Made by a program: the position numbers and the translations under genes | The notes under the pieces: model-generated | Seen by the model: the letters and a program-made list of their open reading frames with translations, nothing else | The model's database searches: none | What the model was told of the DNA's origin: nothing | Shown here: positions 10,246-18,415 of the stretch, piece by piece | How positions within the stretch are numbered: position 1 is the stretch's first letter | Layout: the number at the start of each line of letters is the position of its first letter | Source of the DNA: Patescibacteria group bacterium | Lineage (GTDB): Bacteria > Patescibacteriota > Microgenomatia > UBA1400 > UBA1449 | Direction of reading: 5' to 3' | DNA: 59,842 nucleotides | Assembly (NCBI GenBank): GCA_050942955.1 | Contig: JBMNOG010000008.1 | Coordinates: 1 to 59,842, forward strand

Positions 10246-10479
10246 ATGGCAAAGAAGCGCAAAACATTACGCGAAAAGAAAAGAGCATCCATTAGACGGC
10301 AAAAAGAGGTTAAAAGTAAGCCAATATCTAAGAAAAGCACTCTTAGTAGTAAAGTAGTTGATGAAGAGAGTTTATTAGTTGTTCCCTCAAAACTGATAAC
10401 TCAAGATTTAATTAAAACTTTAATTCTCTCTGTTGTCTTTATTGGAATAATTGTAGTTATGCACTTTTATCTTTCTTGA
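10246..10479 (+). CDS. Small basic protein with a C-terminal TM helix
   Basis: Lys/Arg-rich N-terminus (MAKKRK), DLIKTLIL + TM; ATG at 10246 preferred over GTG at 10204. Confidence 0.6.
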   Translation: MAKKRKTLREKKRASIRRQKEVKSKPISKKSTLSSKVVDEESLLVVPSKLITQDLIKTLILSVVFIGIIVVMHFYLS

Positions 10480-10486
10480 GTTTGAT

Positions 10487-11707
10487 CTAAATGGTGAACT
10501 GCCCGTTTTCGTAAATAACTTTTTGAGTATTTCCCTTTAGATATGCGGTTACTGTTCTTTGTGTGGTTGAGATGATATCAGTATGAAGAGCAGAATCATT
10601 AAATCCTAAATTTCTCCAGTCAGTGTCTTTCAGGTTATCTTGATTACCCAAAAAGGTGTCTCTATATGCTCTTCCTAACGCTATATGGCAATTGCCTTGA
10701 CGGCCGCCAACATTTTCATCAAACAATGTTTCCGCCATGAATTTAGTAATATGCGAAAAACGGCTATCAGTTAAAGAGACTTCCCCGATTTTATTCCCAT
10801 TTTTCACCTTTATCATTTCTTTGAGAACTTTTTCGTTTTTTGAAGCTTTGCCTTTTACCACGACCCCTTTTTTAAACTCAAGCTCAATATCAGTAATAAG
10901 ATTCCCAAAACGGTACAGGGGTTGGTTAAATCTCATCCAGCCGTTAGTTCCTCTCCAATCAGGAGAAGTAAATATTTCAAAACTGGGAATGTTACGTCCT
11001 CCTCCACCAAGCCATTGCCTCTTTTCTCCGATGTTTATCCAAAGGTCTGCATCTTTTCCTTCAATATGAATTTTTCTTATGTGAAGGTTATTAAGTTTTT
11101 TTCTGTATGTTGCAATTTGTCTTTCAATTTCTATCCATTTTTTGATAGGTGTTTTACAATCAAGAAAACATCCTTTAATAATTTGTTTCCAATACTCCTC
11201 GAGTGATAATCCTGCTTCCTGGGCCATTGCTTCTGTTCCATATAAAGCCACTGTCCAGGTAAATTTTCCCTCTCTTTCCTTTTTTGACAACCAATCCATC
11301 CAGGGTTTCATAGCTTTGTTAGTTATCATTATTTTATTCGGAGCAATTCCCTCCAAAGCATGTTTATTAGTTTCAGCAACAATATTTACTGAATGGTCAA
11401 TCTGATTAACTAGTCCTCTAATATATTTTTTAGGGAAAAATGCCAGTTGTTCATCACTGGCGAGTTTGTAAAAATCTCTAGAAAGATTGAAATTTTTGTC
11501 GTCTGCTGGTTGGTAATGGCCAAGAGGGTGGCCCCCAGCTTTTAAAACCATTTTACGCAGTTCTACATATAAAGGCTTTGCTGGCTCAGGTACGGAAATT
11601 CTGACAACATCACCCTTTTTAATTCCTTCACCACCACCAAGGGCAAAGTTAATTAAGACGTTAGCGTATCTTTCTAAAGTTTTCTGGGAAGGTGTGTAAT
11701 GAGACAT
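10487..11707 (-). CDS. Aminopeptidase, family M29 (AmpS/AmpT)
   Basis: NIPSFEIFTSP, LFDEN, HIALGRAY, SALHTD. Confidence 0.92.
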   Translation of the reverse strand: MSHYTPSQKTLERYANVLINFALGGGEGIKKGDVVRISVPEPAKPLYVELRKMVLKAGGHPLGHYQPADDKNFNLSRDFYKLASDEQLAFFPKKYIRGLVNQIDHSVNIVAETNKHALEGIAPNKIMITNKAMKPWMDWLSKKEREGKFTWTVALYGTEAMAQEAGLSLEEYWKQIIKGCFLDCKTPIKKWIEIERQIATYRKKLNNLHIRKIHIEGKDADLWINIGEKRQWLGGGGRNIPSFEIFTSPDWRGTNGWMRFNQPLYRFGNLITDIELEFKKGVVVKGKASKNEKVLKEMIKVKNGNKIGEVSLTDSRFSHITKFMAETLFDENVGGRQGNCHIALGRAYRDTFLGNQDNLKDTDWRNLGFNDSALHTDIISTTQRTVTAYLKGNTQKVIYENGQFTI

Positions 11708-11807
11708 AGCGTTTTCTGATGCTTGTAATGTGGTTGATTATAACACTGTATACGCAAAAGCTGTTTACCCTTATAAAGGGTTGTTGTCTCTTATAAGATG
11801 AATAGAA

Positions 11808-12308
11808 CTATTGTTTAAATGAAATTGAGGTTCCGGTCTTAATGAAGTTTTTGGCTGCCCAGCCAGCTGGGACTTCTAAAACCATATCAATTGTTTCACC
11901 TGAAGGGTAGAGCGGCAATTCTGACCTTGGCGTGTCTACCGGGGGATTAGGTACATTCTCATACATCTTTATTATTGTGTTATTTCTAATAAAGATAATA
12001 TCGATAGGAAAATTCATGTCTGGCATCCAGAAGGTGACTGGTTGGGGATCAGGATAAACAAAGAGCATCCCCCTACCTTCTTCTAAAGATTTTCTTCCCG
12101 ATAAGCCTTTGCTCATCTTTTCTGGTGTATCTACCACTTCAACTGTAACCTGGACTCCCCCGATCCAGAGACTTTTAGCGTTAGCAACATCTGTCTGGGT
12201 AGAAAGACTGGATTCTAACTGTTTTTCTAAAGAAGTATATTTTATAACATATAATCCTCCTATTAGAAGGAAGATGACCAAAAAAGCAGTTTTGATGTTT
12301 TTATTCAT
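11808..12308 (-). CDS. DUF192 domain protein, membrane-anchored
   Basis: GLSGR, GMLFVY, FWMPDMNFPIDIIF, VLEVPAG; ATG at 12308. Confidence 0.88.
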   Translation of the reverse strand: MNKNIKTAFLVIFLLIGGLYVIKYTSLEKQLESSLSTQTDVANAKSLWIGGVQVTVEVVDTPEKMSKGLSGRKSLEEGRGMLFVYPDPQPVTFWMPDMNFPIDIIFIRNNTIIKMYENVPNPPVDTPRSELPLYPSGETIDMVLEVPAGWAAKNFIKTGTSISFKQ

Positions 12309-12344
12309 TGAAACATTGTATATCTTAACACACATAAATACAGA

Positions 12345-12986
12345 TTAAGAAGTAATGGGGTTTTGGCAGATAACAAAAACATTTGTAAAGTTTCTTACCA
12401 AACGGATTTTGTTGAAGTGTTTCTCAAAGCTGTTTACTAACTTCTTAGCCTTTTCTTTGTAATGGTTGTAAAAAAGCTGGTTAACTATAACTATGCCGCT
12501 TTGATTCAAAATTTTCTTGAGATCTGTTATAAAGGTTTCTGAATAGAGCTTCTCTACAACTTGATTACCGCAGAAAACATCAATGAGAACAAGATCATAA
12601 CAGTTTAAGGATTTAGATACCCAGGGAAAAACATCAGCGTGTATCACGATTAGGTTAGGGATTGACCTTAGTTGAAAATGGTTTTCACCGATAACAATCA
12701 TTTGTTTGTCAATTTCTACTCCGGTTATTTGAGCATTAGACCAGAGGTTTCTGGTTAATCTGGCAATAGTGCCCGCACCCAGTCCAAGAATAAGAATTTG
12801 TGGGAATGTTTGGGATTTCAGAGAAGAGAGAGGTTTATACCAAAGACTATTGATTGAGCCTCCCGACTGAATAAGACCGCCAGCAACCACCTTTTTTTGC
12901 CCAGCGTTTTCGCTGACAGTTATGGTTCCGCTAATTTTTGACTCGAAAGTATCAATAATCTTACTTGAAACCATAAAAAAATCCAT
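12345..12986 (-). CDS. Class I SAM-dependent methyltransferase (spermidine synthase-like)
   Basis: ILILGLGAG, VEID, YDLVLIDVF. Confidence 0.8.
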   Translation of the reverse strand: MDFFMVSSKIIDTFESKISGTITVSENAGQKKVVAGGLIQSGGSINSLWYKPLSSLKSQTFPQILILGLGAGTIARLTRNLWSNAQITGVEIDKQMIVIGENHFQLRSIPNLIVIHADVFPWVSKSLNCYDLVLIDVFCGNQVVEKLYSETFITDLKKILNQSGIVIVNQLFYNHYKEKAKKLVNSFEKHFNKIRLVRNFTNVFVICQNPITS

Positions 12987-13050
12987 TAGTTTAGTATAAT
13001 TATAAACAGTCTTCGTGATTGGGTTGTGAAAATTAGTGAAACTAACAAAG

Positions 13051-13086
13051 GGAAAAACCTGACCTATAAAAAGTGCAGGTTCTTTT
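13051..13086 (-). terminator. Possible terminator downstream of serS
   Basis: AACCTG...CAGGTT inverted repeat flanked by A/T runs; large loop. Confidence 0.4.
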
Positions 13087-13126
13087 CTGTTAATACTCTT
13101 TCTTTAGAAGAAGTGAAATTCTGAAG

Positions 13127-14404
13127 CTATTTTTTAACTTTGATAATCTCTTTTCCTATAAAGGATTGTAATACTTCAGGCACTTTAATACTCCCATCTG
13201 CTTGTTGGTAGGTTTCCATGATAGCAATAAGGATTCTTGGGCTGGCAAGAGCGGTGTTGTTGAGCATATGAACATACTTAAGCTCACCGTCTTTAGTTCT
13301 ATAGCGAATGTTCGCCCTGCGTGCCTGAAAGTCTCCCATCACTGAGTCTGACATAGTTTCACCGTAAGCTTTTCTACCGGGCATCCAGGTTTCGATGTCA
13401 TATTTCTTAACTTGCGGTTCTCCCATATCACCGGTACACATAAGCATGACTCTGTAGGCAAGCCCAAGCTCTTGAAGCATTTCCTCTGCGTATTGTCTTA
13501 ATTTTTCATGCCAGGCAAAGGATTCTTCCCAGTCGTTTTTACACAAAATTACCTGTTCAACCTTTGTAAACTCATGGATTCTATACATGCCCTGAGTATC
13601 TTTACCATAACTGCCGATCTCTCGTCTGTAGCACTGACTGTAGCCGGCATAGAGTTTTGGCAGGTCTTTTTCGTTCAAAACTTCGTCCATATGGTACGAA
13701 ACTAGTGGAACTTCAGCAGTGCCGGCCAAGTATCGTTCATCAAGTTCCTTTTCATCATCAAATGTCTTATAGACATCCACTTTTCCCCAGGGAAAGTGGG
13801 CCGTGTTAACAAAAGGTCTTTCCTGCAAAATAACCGGAGGTATAAATGGGACAAAGTCTTTTTCAACCATTTTTTTGAGAGCATAATTCATGATAGCCAA
13901 ATGAAGCAAAGCCCCATCGCCTTTGAGGTAGTACCCCCGAAATCCGGCTACTTTTGCACCTCTTTCAAAATCAACAATATTTAGGTTTTGTGCCAGGTAG
14001 AAATGATCTTTAGGTTCAAAATCGAACTGTGGTTTTTCTCCCCAGCTAGCTATCTCTACGTTATAGTTTTCATCCGGTCCAACCGGCACAGACTCATGGG
14101 GGATATTGGGGATTTGGAGCATAAGTGAAGAAAATGTTTCTTCAGCAGTTCTCAGCTCCGGCTCTAGCTGGGCTAGTCTATCTCTTAGTTCTCGACCTTT
14201 GTTTATTACTTCCTGACTGGGTTTTCCAAAAACTCCCTCCATAAGCTTATTCCGTTCAGCTCTTACCTTTTCCACTTCCTGGATTAGATTTCTTCGGGTT
14301 TGGTCGACTTTAAGCAGTTCATTAACTACATCCGGTACACCTTTGTTATGAGCGGCTTTTTTAACTAAATCCGGATTTTCTCGTATAAACTGAATATCTA
14401 ACAT
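13127..14404 (-). CDS. serS: Serine--tRNA ligase
   Basis: MLDIQFIRENPD, LAGTAEVPL, YRREIG, RIHEFTKVEQ, QARRANIRY. Confidence 0.97.
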   Translation of the reverse strand: MLDIQFIRENPDLVKKAAHNKGVPDVVNELLKVDQTRRNLIQEVEKVRAERNKLMEGVFGKPSQEVINKGRELRDRLAQLEPELRTAEETFSSLMLQIPNIPHESVPVGPDENYNVEIASWGEKPQFDFEPKDHFYLAQNLNIVDFERGAKVAGFRGYYLKGDGALLHLAIMNYALKKMVEKDFVPFIPPVILQERPFVNTAHFPWGKVDVYKTFDDEKELDERYLAGTAEVPLVSYHMDEVLNEKDLPKLYAGYSQCYRREIGSYGKDTQGMYRIHEFTKVEQVILCKNDWEESFAWHEKLRQYAEEMLQELGLAYRVMLMCTGDMGEPQVKKYDIETWMPGRKAYGETMSDSVMGDFQARRANIRYRTKDGELKYVHMLNNTALASPRILIAIMETYQQADGSIKVPEVLQSFIGKEIIKVKK

Positions 14405-14410
14405 ATAAAA

Positions 14411-14463
14411 AAGTTAAGAAGTAAGAATAAAGAAGAAAGCTTCTTTTCAAACTTCTAATCTTC
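14411..14463. repeat. Heptamer-periodic inverted repeat in the serS leader
   Basis: TAAGAAG TAAGAAT AAAGAAG followed by the complementary CTTCTTT...ACTTCTAA. Confidence 0.5.
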
Positions 14464-14479
14464 ACCTTACTTTACCATT

Positions 14480-14636
14480 AAAAACACCGCCGAACCTAAC
14501 TAAACAGGCCATTTGGCGGTGCCACCGTTTTTTATACTTAATTCCTGCTGTTACGGGCTTACCCGGACTTGCATTTCCTCAAGTCAACGTTTCCGTTTTG
14601 CCGGAATCAGGAGTTGGATTCTCCCTCAAACGTTTT
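14480..14636 (-). promoter_or_regulatory. T-box riboswitch (Ser), transcription-attenuation type, with ultrashort Stem I
   Basis: Antiterminator AAACGG-UGGCACC-GCC AAAU GGC-CUGUUU; terminator CACCGCC/GGCGGUG + U5; specifier UCC at 14616-14618; directly upstream of serS. Confidence 0.85.
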
Positions 14637-14650
14637 TATAGTCTTTAGAT

Positions 14651-14679
14651 ACTATAACACTATTTTGCCTGATTTTCGA
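14651..14679 (-). promoter_or_regulatory. Sigma70-type promoter for the T-box/serS leader
   Basis: Extended -10 TGtTATAGT (14651-14659); -35-like TCGAAA at 17-nt spacing. Confidence 0.55.
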
Positions 14680-15139
14680 GAATTAGCAGGGCTTTTTTAA
14701 CAAACTTCAGTGTTTTTGGTAATGTTTCTAACTTACGGATTTCTTCCAGAGAAAACCAACCCATATCATTGTTTTCTTTTTCCAGAAGCTTGGGTATCTG
14801 ATCACCAAGAGATACAATGTAAGCTATTAAAACTAAGTGAGTATTGTTTTTAACTCCGTGTATTTTCTTATTCCAGGTATTTACCTCAACTATTGGATTT
14901 GGAGAAATGATTTGAGGAGTAACGCCAAGCTCTTCCTGAAATTCTCGAACAAGTGTTTGCTCAGAAGTTTCTCCAAATTCCAAACCGCCGCCGGCAAGCT
15001 GCCACTTATTATGAAAAATTGGCCCTGTAGGAGAATGACGTCTGGTTAGAAAAAATTCCCAGCCTTTGCTGTTTTTTCTAACAGGTAAACCGAGTATCCC
15101 TACGATAATTTGGTTGTAGTTTCTTAACGTATTCTTCAT
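14660..15139 (-). CDS. NUDIX hydrolase
   Basis: NUDIX box GGGLEFGETSEQTLVREFQEELG. Confidence 0.92.
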   Translation of the reverse strand: MKNTLRNYNQIIVGILGLPVRKNSKGWEFFLTRRHSPTGPIFHNKWQLAGGGLEFGETSEQTLVREFQEELGVTPQIISPNPIVEVNTWNKKIHGVKNNTHLVLIAYIVSLGDQIPKLLEKENNDMGWFSLEEIRKLETLPKTLKFVKKALLILENQAK

Positions 15140-15190
15140 GAGCTATCGCACCTAAAGACACATTTACCCTTTTGAGATAAATCAAAACAG

Positions 15191-15484
15191 TTAATTGAGA
15201 AATGGTTCCCAAATTAAAAGATAAATTAACGTTATGATTGCAATAACAACCATAGATAAATAGTAGAAGCTTATTCTTGTTGCTTCTCTGCCTGTAAATA
15301 CTCTGCCGTGTGCAGTAATATGGTTTTCTTTAAATCCTTTAACTGCCTTGTAAAACATTATTCCGAGACCAAGAATTCCCAAAATTAAGTAAATAGCAAT
15401 AAATATTGTATGTGGAGAAGCTGGGATAACCTTTGAAATACGTTCAACAAGTAAGTAGAGGGTTTCTGCTGTCCTATCTGTCAT
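15191..15484 (-). CDS. Small two-TM hypothetical membrane protein
   Basis: Two hydrophobic helices; 2-nt gap from the upstream gene. Confidence 0.6.
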   Translation of the reverse strand: MTDRTAETLYLLVERISKVIPASPHTIFIAIYLILGILGLGIMFYKAVKGFKENHITAHGRVFTGREATRISFYYLSMVVIAIITLIYLLIWEPFLN

Positions 15485-15486
15485 AT

Positions 15487-16053
15487 CTACAATTCTAACT
15501 CTCTACTTATTTTCTGCATAGCTTTTAAGCAGATATCAATAAAATTATTGAGTTTTATGCCTAGTTTTTCTTCGCACATTGCTATATTTTCTCTTTTTGT
15601 GCCTTTGGCAAAATCTTTTTTATTCCATTTTTTTAGAATGTCTTCCACTGTTACGTCTGCAATTTTTCTGCTTGGCCGCACTAAGGTTACGGCGATAATA
15701 AGACCGGTTAGGTGATCAGCACAAAAAGCAGACCACTCCATTGCATTTTTAGGTTCAGGAATTTCAGCTACCCAGCCCCAGCCATGAGCTCTGACGGCAT
15801 CAACAATATCTTTTTCTACTCCGGCTTCTGTTAACCAGGTGCAGCCCAAAAGCGGATGTTTCTTCAAATCGTTTTGAGTTGTTTCAAAATCAATATCATG
15901 TAAAACTCCCACCACTTCCCACTTTTCTTCATCTTCTTTTAAATGGTTGGCAATACCTCTCATACATGCTCCAAGGGCAAGCATATGTTTAATGAGATTT
16001 TTGTTGGTAACTTTGGTTTTAACAAGATCCAATGCTTCTTGTTTATTCATCAT
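15487..16053 (-). CDS. HDIG/HD-domain phosphohydrolase
   Basis: NLIKHML, LHDIDFE, RAH, DHLTGLIIAVTLVRPS; SD AAGGAG before ATG 16053. Confidence 0.88.
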   Translation of the reverse strand: MMNKQEALDLVKTKVTNKNLIKHMLALGACMRGIANHLKEDEEKWEVVGVLHDIDFETTQNDLKKHPLLGCTWLTEAGVEKDIVDAVRAHGWGWVAEIPEPKNAMEWSAFCADHLTGLIIAVTLVRPSRKIADVTVEDILKKWNKKDFAKGTKRENIAMCEEKLGIKLNNFIDICLKAMQKISRELEL

Positions 16054-16101
16054 TGCTCTCCTTATGAAGTTTGTAATTGGGTATATAAAAGGCGGAGTCA
16101 A

Positions 16102-16887
16102 TTATAGCTCATTCCAGACATCGATAAATTCCACCTCTAAAGAAGGAAACTTTTTTTTAATTTCTTTACCCAAAGCCTTAACTCCAAAAACCTCAGTGGC
16201 ATAATGTCCGGCGGCAAAGTAGTGGAAACCGGATTCTTTGGCGACTGCTGAACTACTTTCGGTGATAACTCCAGTTATATGAAGCTCGAGCCCATTTTCA
16301 ACAATTTCCATAACATCTGCGCTTGAGGGAATGGCACTACCTGAGCAAACCCCGAATCGGGCAACTTTCTCAGTTTCTCCAAGAACCATAAAAATGTCAT
16401 GCCTGAAGAGCTTGGAGCATTCTTTAGCAACATCCTGGATAAATTGAGGTTTGGAAAATTCAGCTACCATTCCCCAGTTATCAAAATAAAGCTCTTTTGT
16501 TTCTTTGGCTCCCAGAGCTTTGATAATTTGGATGTTATTTCCGATTTTTTCATGCGTATCCAGGGCAAAATGGTATCCGGCAACAGTAAGGTTATTTTCA
16601 AAAATGACCTTAAGCTGTTTTTGAAGAGACGGAGTAAGGCGGGAGTTGTAAATGTATTTGTCGGATAAACTTAAGCCGTGATGGAAAATGCAAACATCGG
16701 CTCCCCAGTTTGCGGCCTTTTGTAGAAATTCAGTATTGCAGGAAACTCCCAAAGCAATCTTTTTTACTTCATCATCGCCCTTAATTTGGACTCCGTTTGC
16801 ATTAGTATCAACTTGGTTGGCTTTGGCAAGTAGTTCTGGGCCTAAGATTTTGTCATGAATGGTTGTAAACAGTGCATCAGTTTTCAT
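16102..16887 (-). CDS. Nif3-like dinuclear metal protein (YbgI family)
   Basis: NGVQIKG, FHHGL, YHFALDTH..IGNN, AGHYATE; alternative GTG start at 16911. Confidence 0.9.
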   Translation of the reverse strand: MKTDALFTTIHDKILGPELLAKANQVDTNANGVQIKGDDEVKKIALGVSCNTEFLQKAANWGADVCIFHHGLSLSDKYIYNSRLTPSLQKQLKVIFENNLTVAGYHFALDTHEKIGNNIQIIKALGAKETKELYFDNWGMVAEFSKPQFIQDVAKECSKLFRHDIFMVLGETEKVARFGVCSGSAIPSSADVMEIVENGLELHITGVITESSSAVAKESGFHYFAAGHYATEVFGVKALGKEIKKKFPSLEVEFIDVWNEL

Positions 16888-16907
16888 AAAAATATGTAAA
16901 TTAGTAA

Positions 16908-17978
16908 TCACTCACCGGAATTAATCTGTATGTACTCTCCACTTATTGCGGGAACATAGGCTATGAATGATGGATTTTCATCATCGTTGGTAAACATATA
17001 AATTGGTTGCAAAAACTGCTGAGGTATCTCTGAGTCATAGTAAGCTAAATATATTCTTCTAATAGTAACTGTGTCTGAGTCAGATTCATCTTTGGCTATA
17101 AAGGCTTTTCCTGATTTGAGATCTTCCCATGCCAAAGCTACGGGTTTTAGTGGGTACGTCTCAGGAGAGAGGTAATCGGCTGGGAAGTAGTTGCTCTTTA
17201 CATATACTACCTGCTTTTCGGGATTAGTTGAGCCTGAGAAAATCATACTGATGATACCATTTTCAGGGTTTGAGGTTATGACATTGTAGTTCTCAATATC
17301 ATTTCTAAAAAAGTCAGCCTTAATAAAGTCTGCTTCCAGCAGACTTTTTACGGGTACCATTTTGTTATCTGAGGCTTTAAGATAAGTGATTTTCCCGTTA
17401 GCAAAATCGATGTCTGCGTAAGTCCGACCGATAGAGCTAAGAAAACTTTTGGCCATATCTATAGTTCTCTCTCTGCCTTGTAGGCTTTTATTGAGGAGAA
17501 GATTACTGTCAGTCTGCCACTGGTAGTTTAAAGAAAATGAGCCGTTAAGACTGTTTATTTTAAGAGTTAATGGAGAGGGAATATTTTTAGTCCACTCGTA
17601 TATTCCGGAAGACAGATCTTTTGGTTCGCTAAAAAACCTCAGTTTTATTGCCAGTTTAGTTGCCTCATCCAGAGCCAGAAGACTGGGACGTTTAAACGGC
17701 ATATAAAAAACAGCTGCTCTATCTGGGAATGAAGGAAAGTTACCGGTGGGTGTTTGCAATTGAAACTGGTAGTTGTAGCCGGGATTATCTGGAAACTTAA
17801 TTTTAGGCAAAGTGCCAAAACCCACTGTTGGTGGCGGTGGAGGTGGAGGATTAAGATATTTGTACAGTTTAATACCGTTGGTAATAAGAATCTGGAGAGT
17901 TATATATCCTGCAATACCCAGTCCGGTAAATTTTATAGCCTTTCGGGAATAGTGGGTTACTTCAGTTAATGTCGCCAT
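16908..17978 (-). CDS. Membrane-anchored hypothetical protein with a poly-Pro linker
   Basis: N-terminal TM, PPPPPP, C-terminal IYLAYY...FLQPIYMF. Confidence 0.75.
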   Translation of the reverse strand: MATLTEVTHYSRKAIKFTGLGIAGYITLQILITNGIKLYKYLNPPPPPPPTVGFGTLPKIKFPDNPGYNYQFQLQTPTGNFPSFPDRAAVFYMPFKRPSLLALDEATKLAIKLRFFSEPKDLSSGIYEWTKNIPSPLTLKINSLNGSFSLNYQWQTDSNLLLNKSLQGRERTIDMAKSFLSSIGRTYADIDFANGKITYLKASDNKMVPVKSLLEADFIKADFFRNDIENYNVITSNPENGIISMIFSGSTNPEKQVVYVKSNYFPADYLSPETYPLKPVALAWEDLKSGKAFIAKDESDSDTVTIRRIYLAYYDSEIPQQFLQPIYMFTNDDENPSFIAYVPAISGEYIQINSGE

Positions 17979-18063
17979 TTTTGATCTTAAACATTGTACC
18001 GCAGGGAAATGAACTCCAACCTGCTATAGTTTAAGTATACAAAAAAACAGAGACACTTGCTTC

Positions 18064-18396
18064 ATGAAGCTTTTTAATGTTACTCAAAACATGGCAATAA
18101 CTAAGAAACTAGTAACTGCCAAATCAGTAGGAGATAAAATTGTGGGGCTGATTGGTAAAAAAGAGAGAAAATCTCCGGCTATGTATTTTCAAACACGCTG
18201 GGGTATTCATACATTTGGCATGAAATTCCCTTTGACAATCATCGTCTGCAATAGTACGTTTGTGGTGCAAGCAATCAAATGGAATTTGCTGCCGAATAGA
18301 GTTTATTTCTGGAAACCAAGGTGGTCAAATATCTTTGAACTGCCAGCTGGCAAGTATCCGGTCTCTATCGGTGACAAACTTGAACTTATCACTTAA
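18064..18396 (+). CDS. DUF192 family protein, soluble variant
   Basis: GIHTFGMKFPL, FELPAG. Confidence 0.75.
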   Translation: MKLFNVTQNMAITKKLVTAKSVGDKIVGLIGKKERKSPAMYFQTRWGIHTFGMKFPLTIIVCNSTFVVQAIKWNLLPNRVYFWKPRWSNIFELPAGKYPVSIGDKLELIT

Positions 18397-18415
18397 TTCT
18401 TGATTCTTGTAAAGT

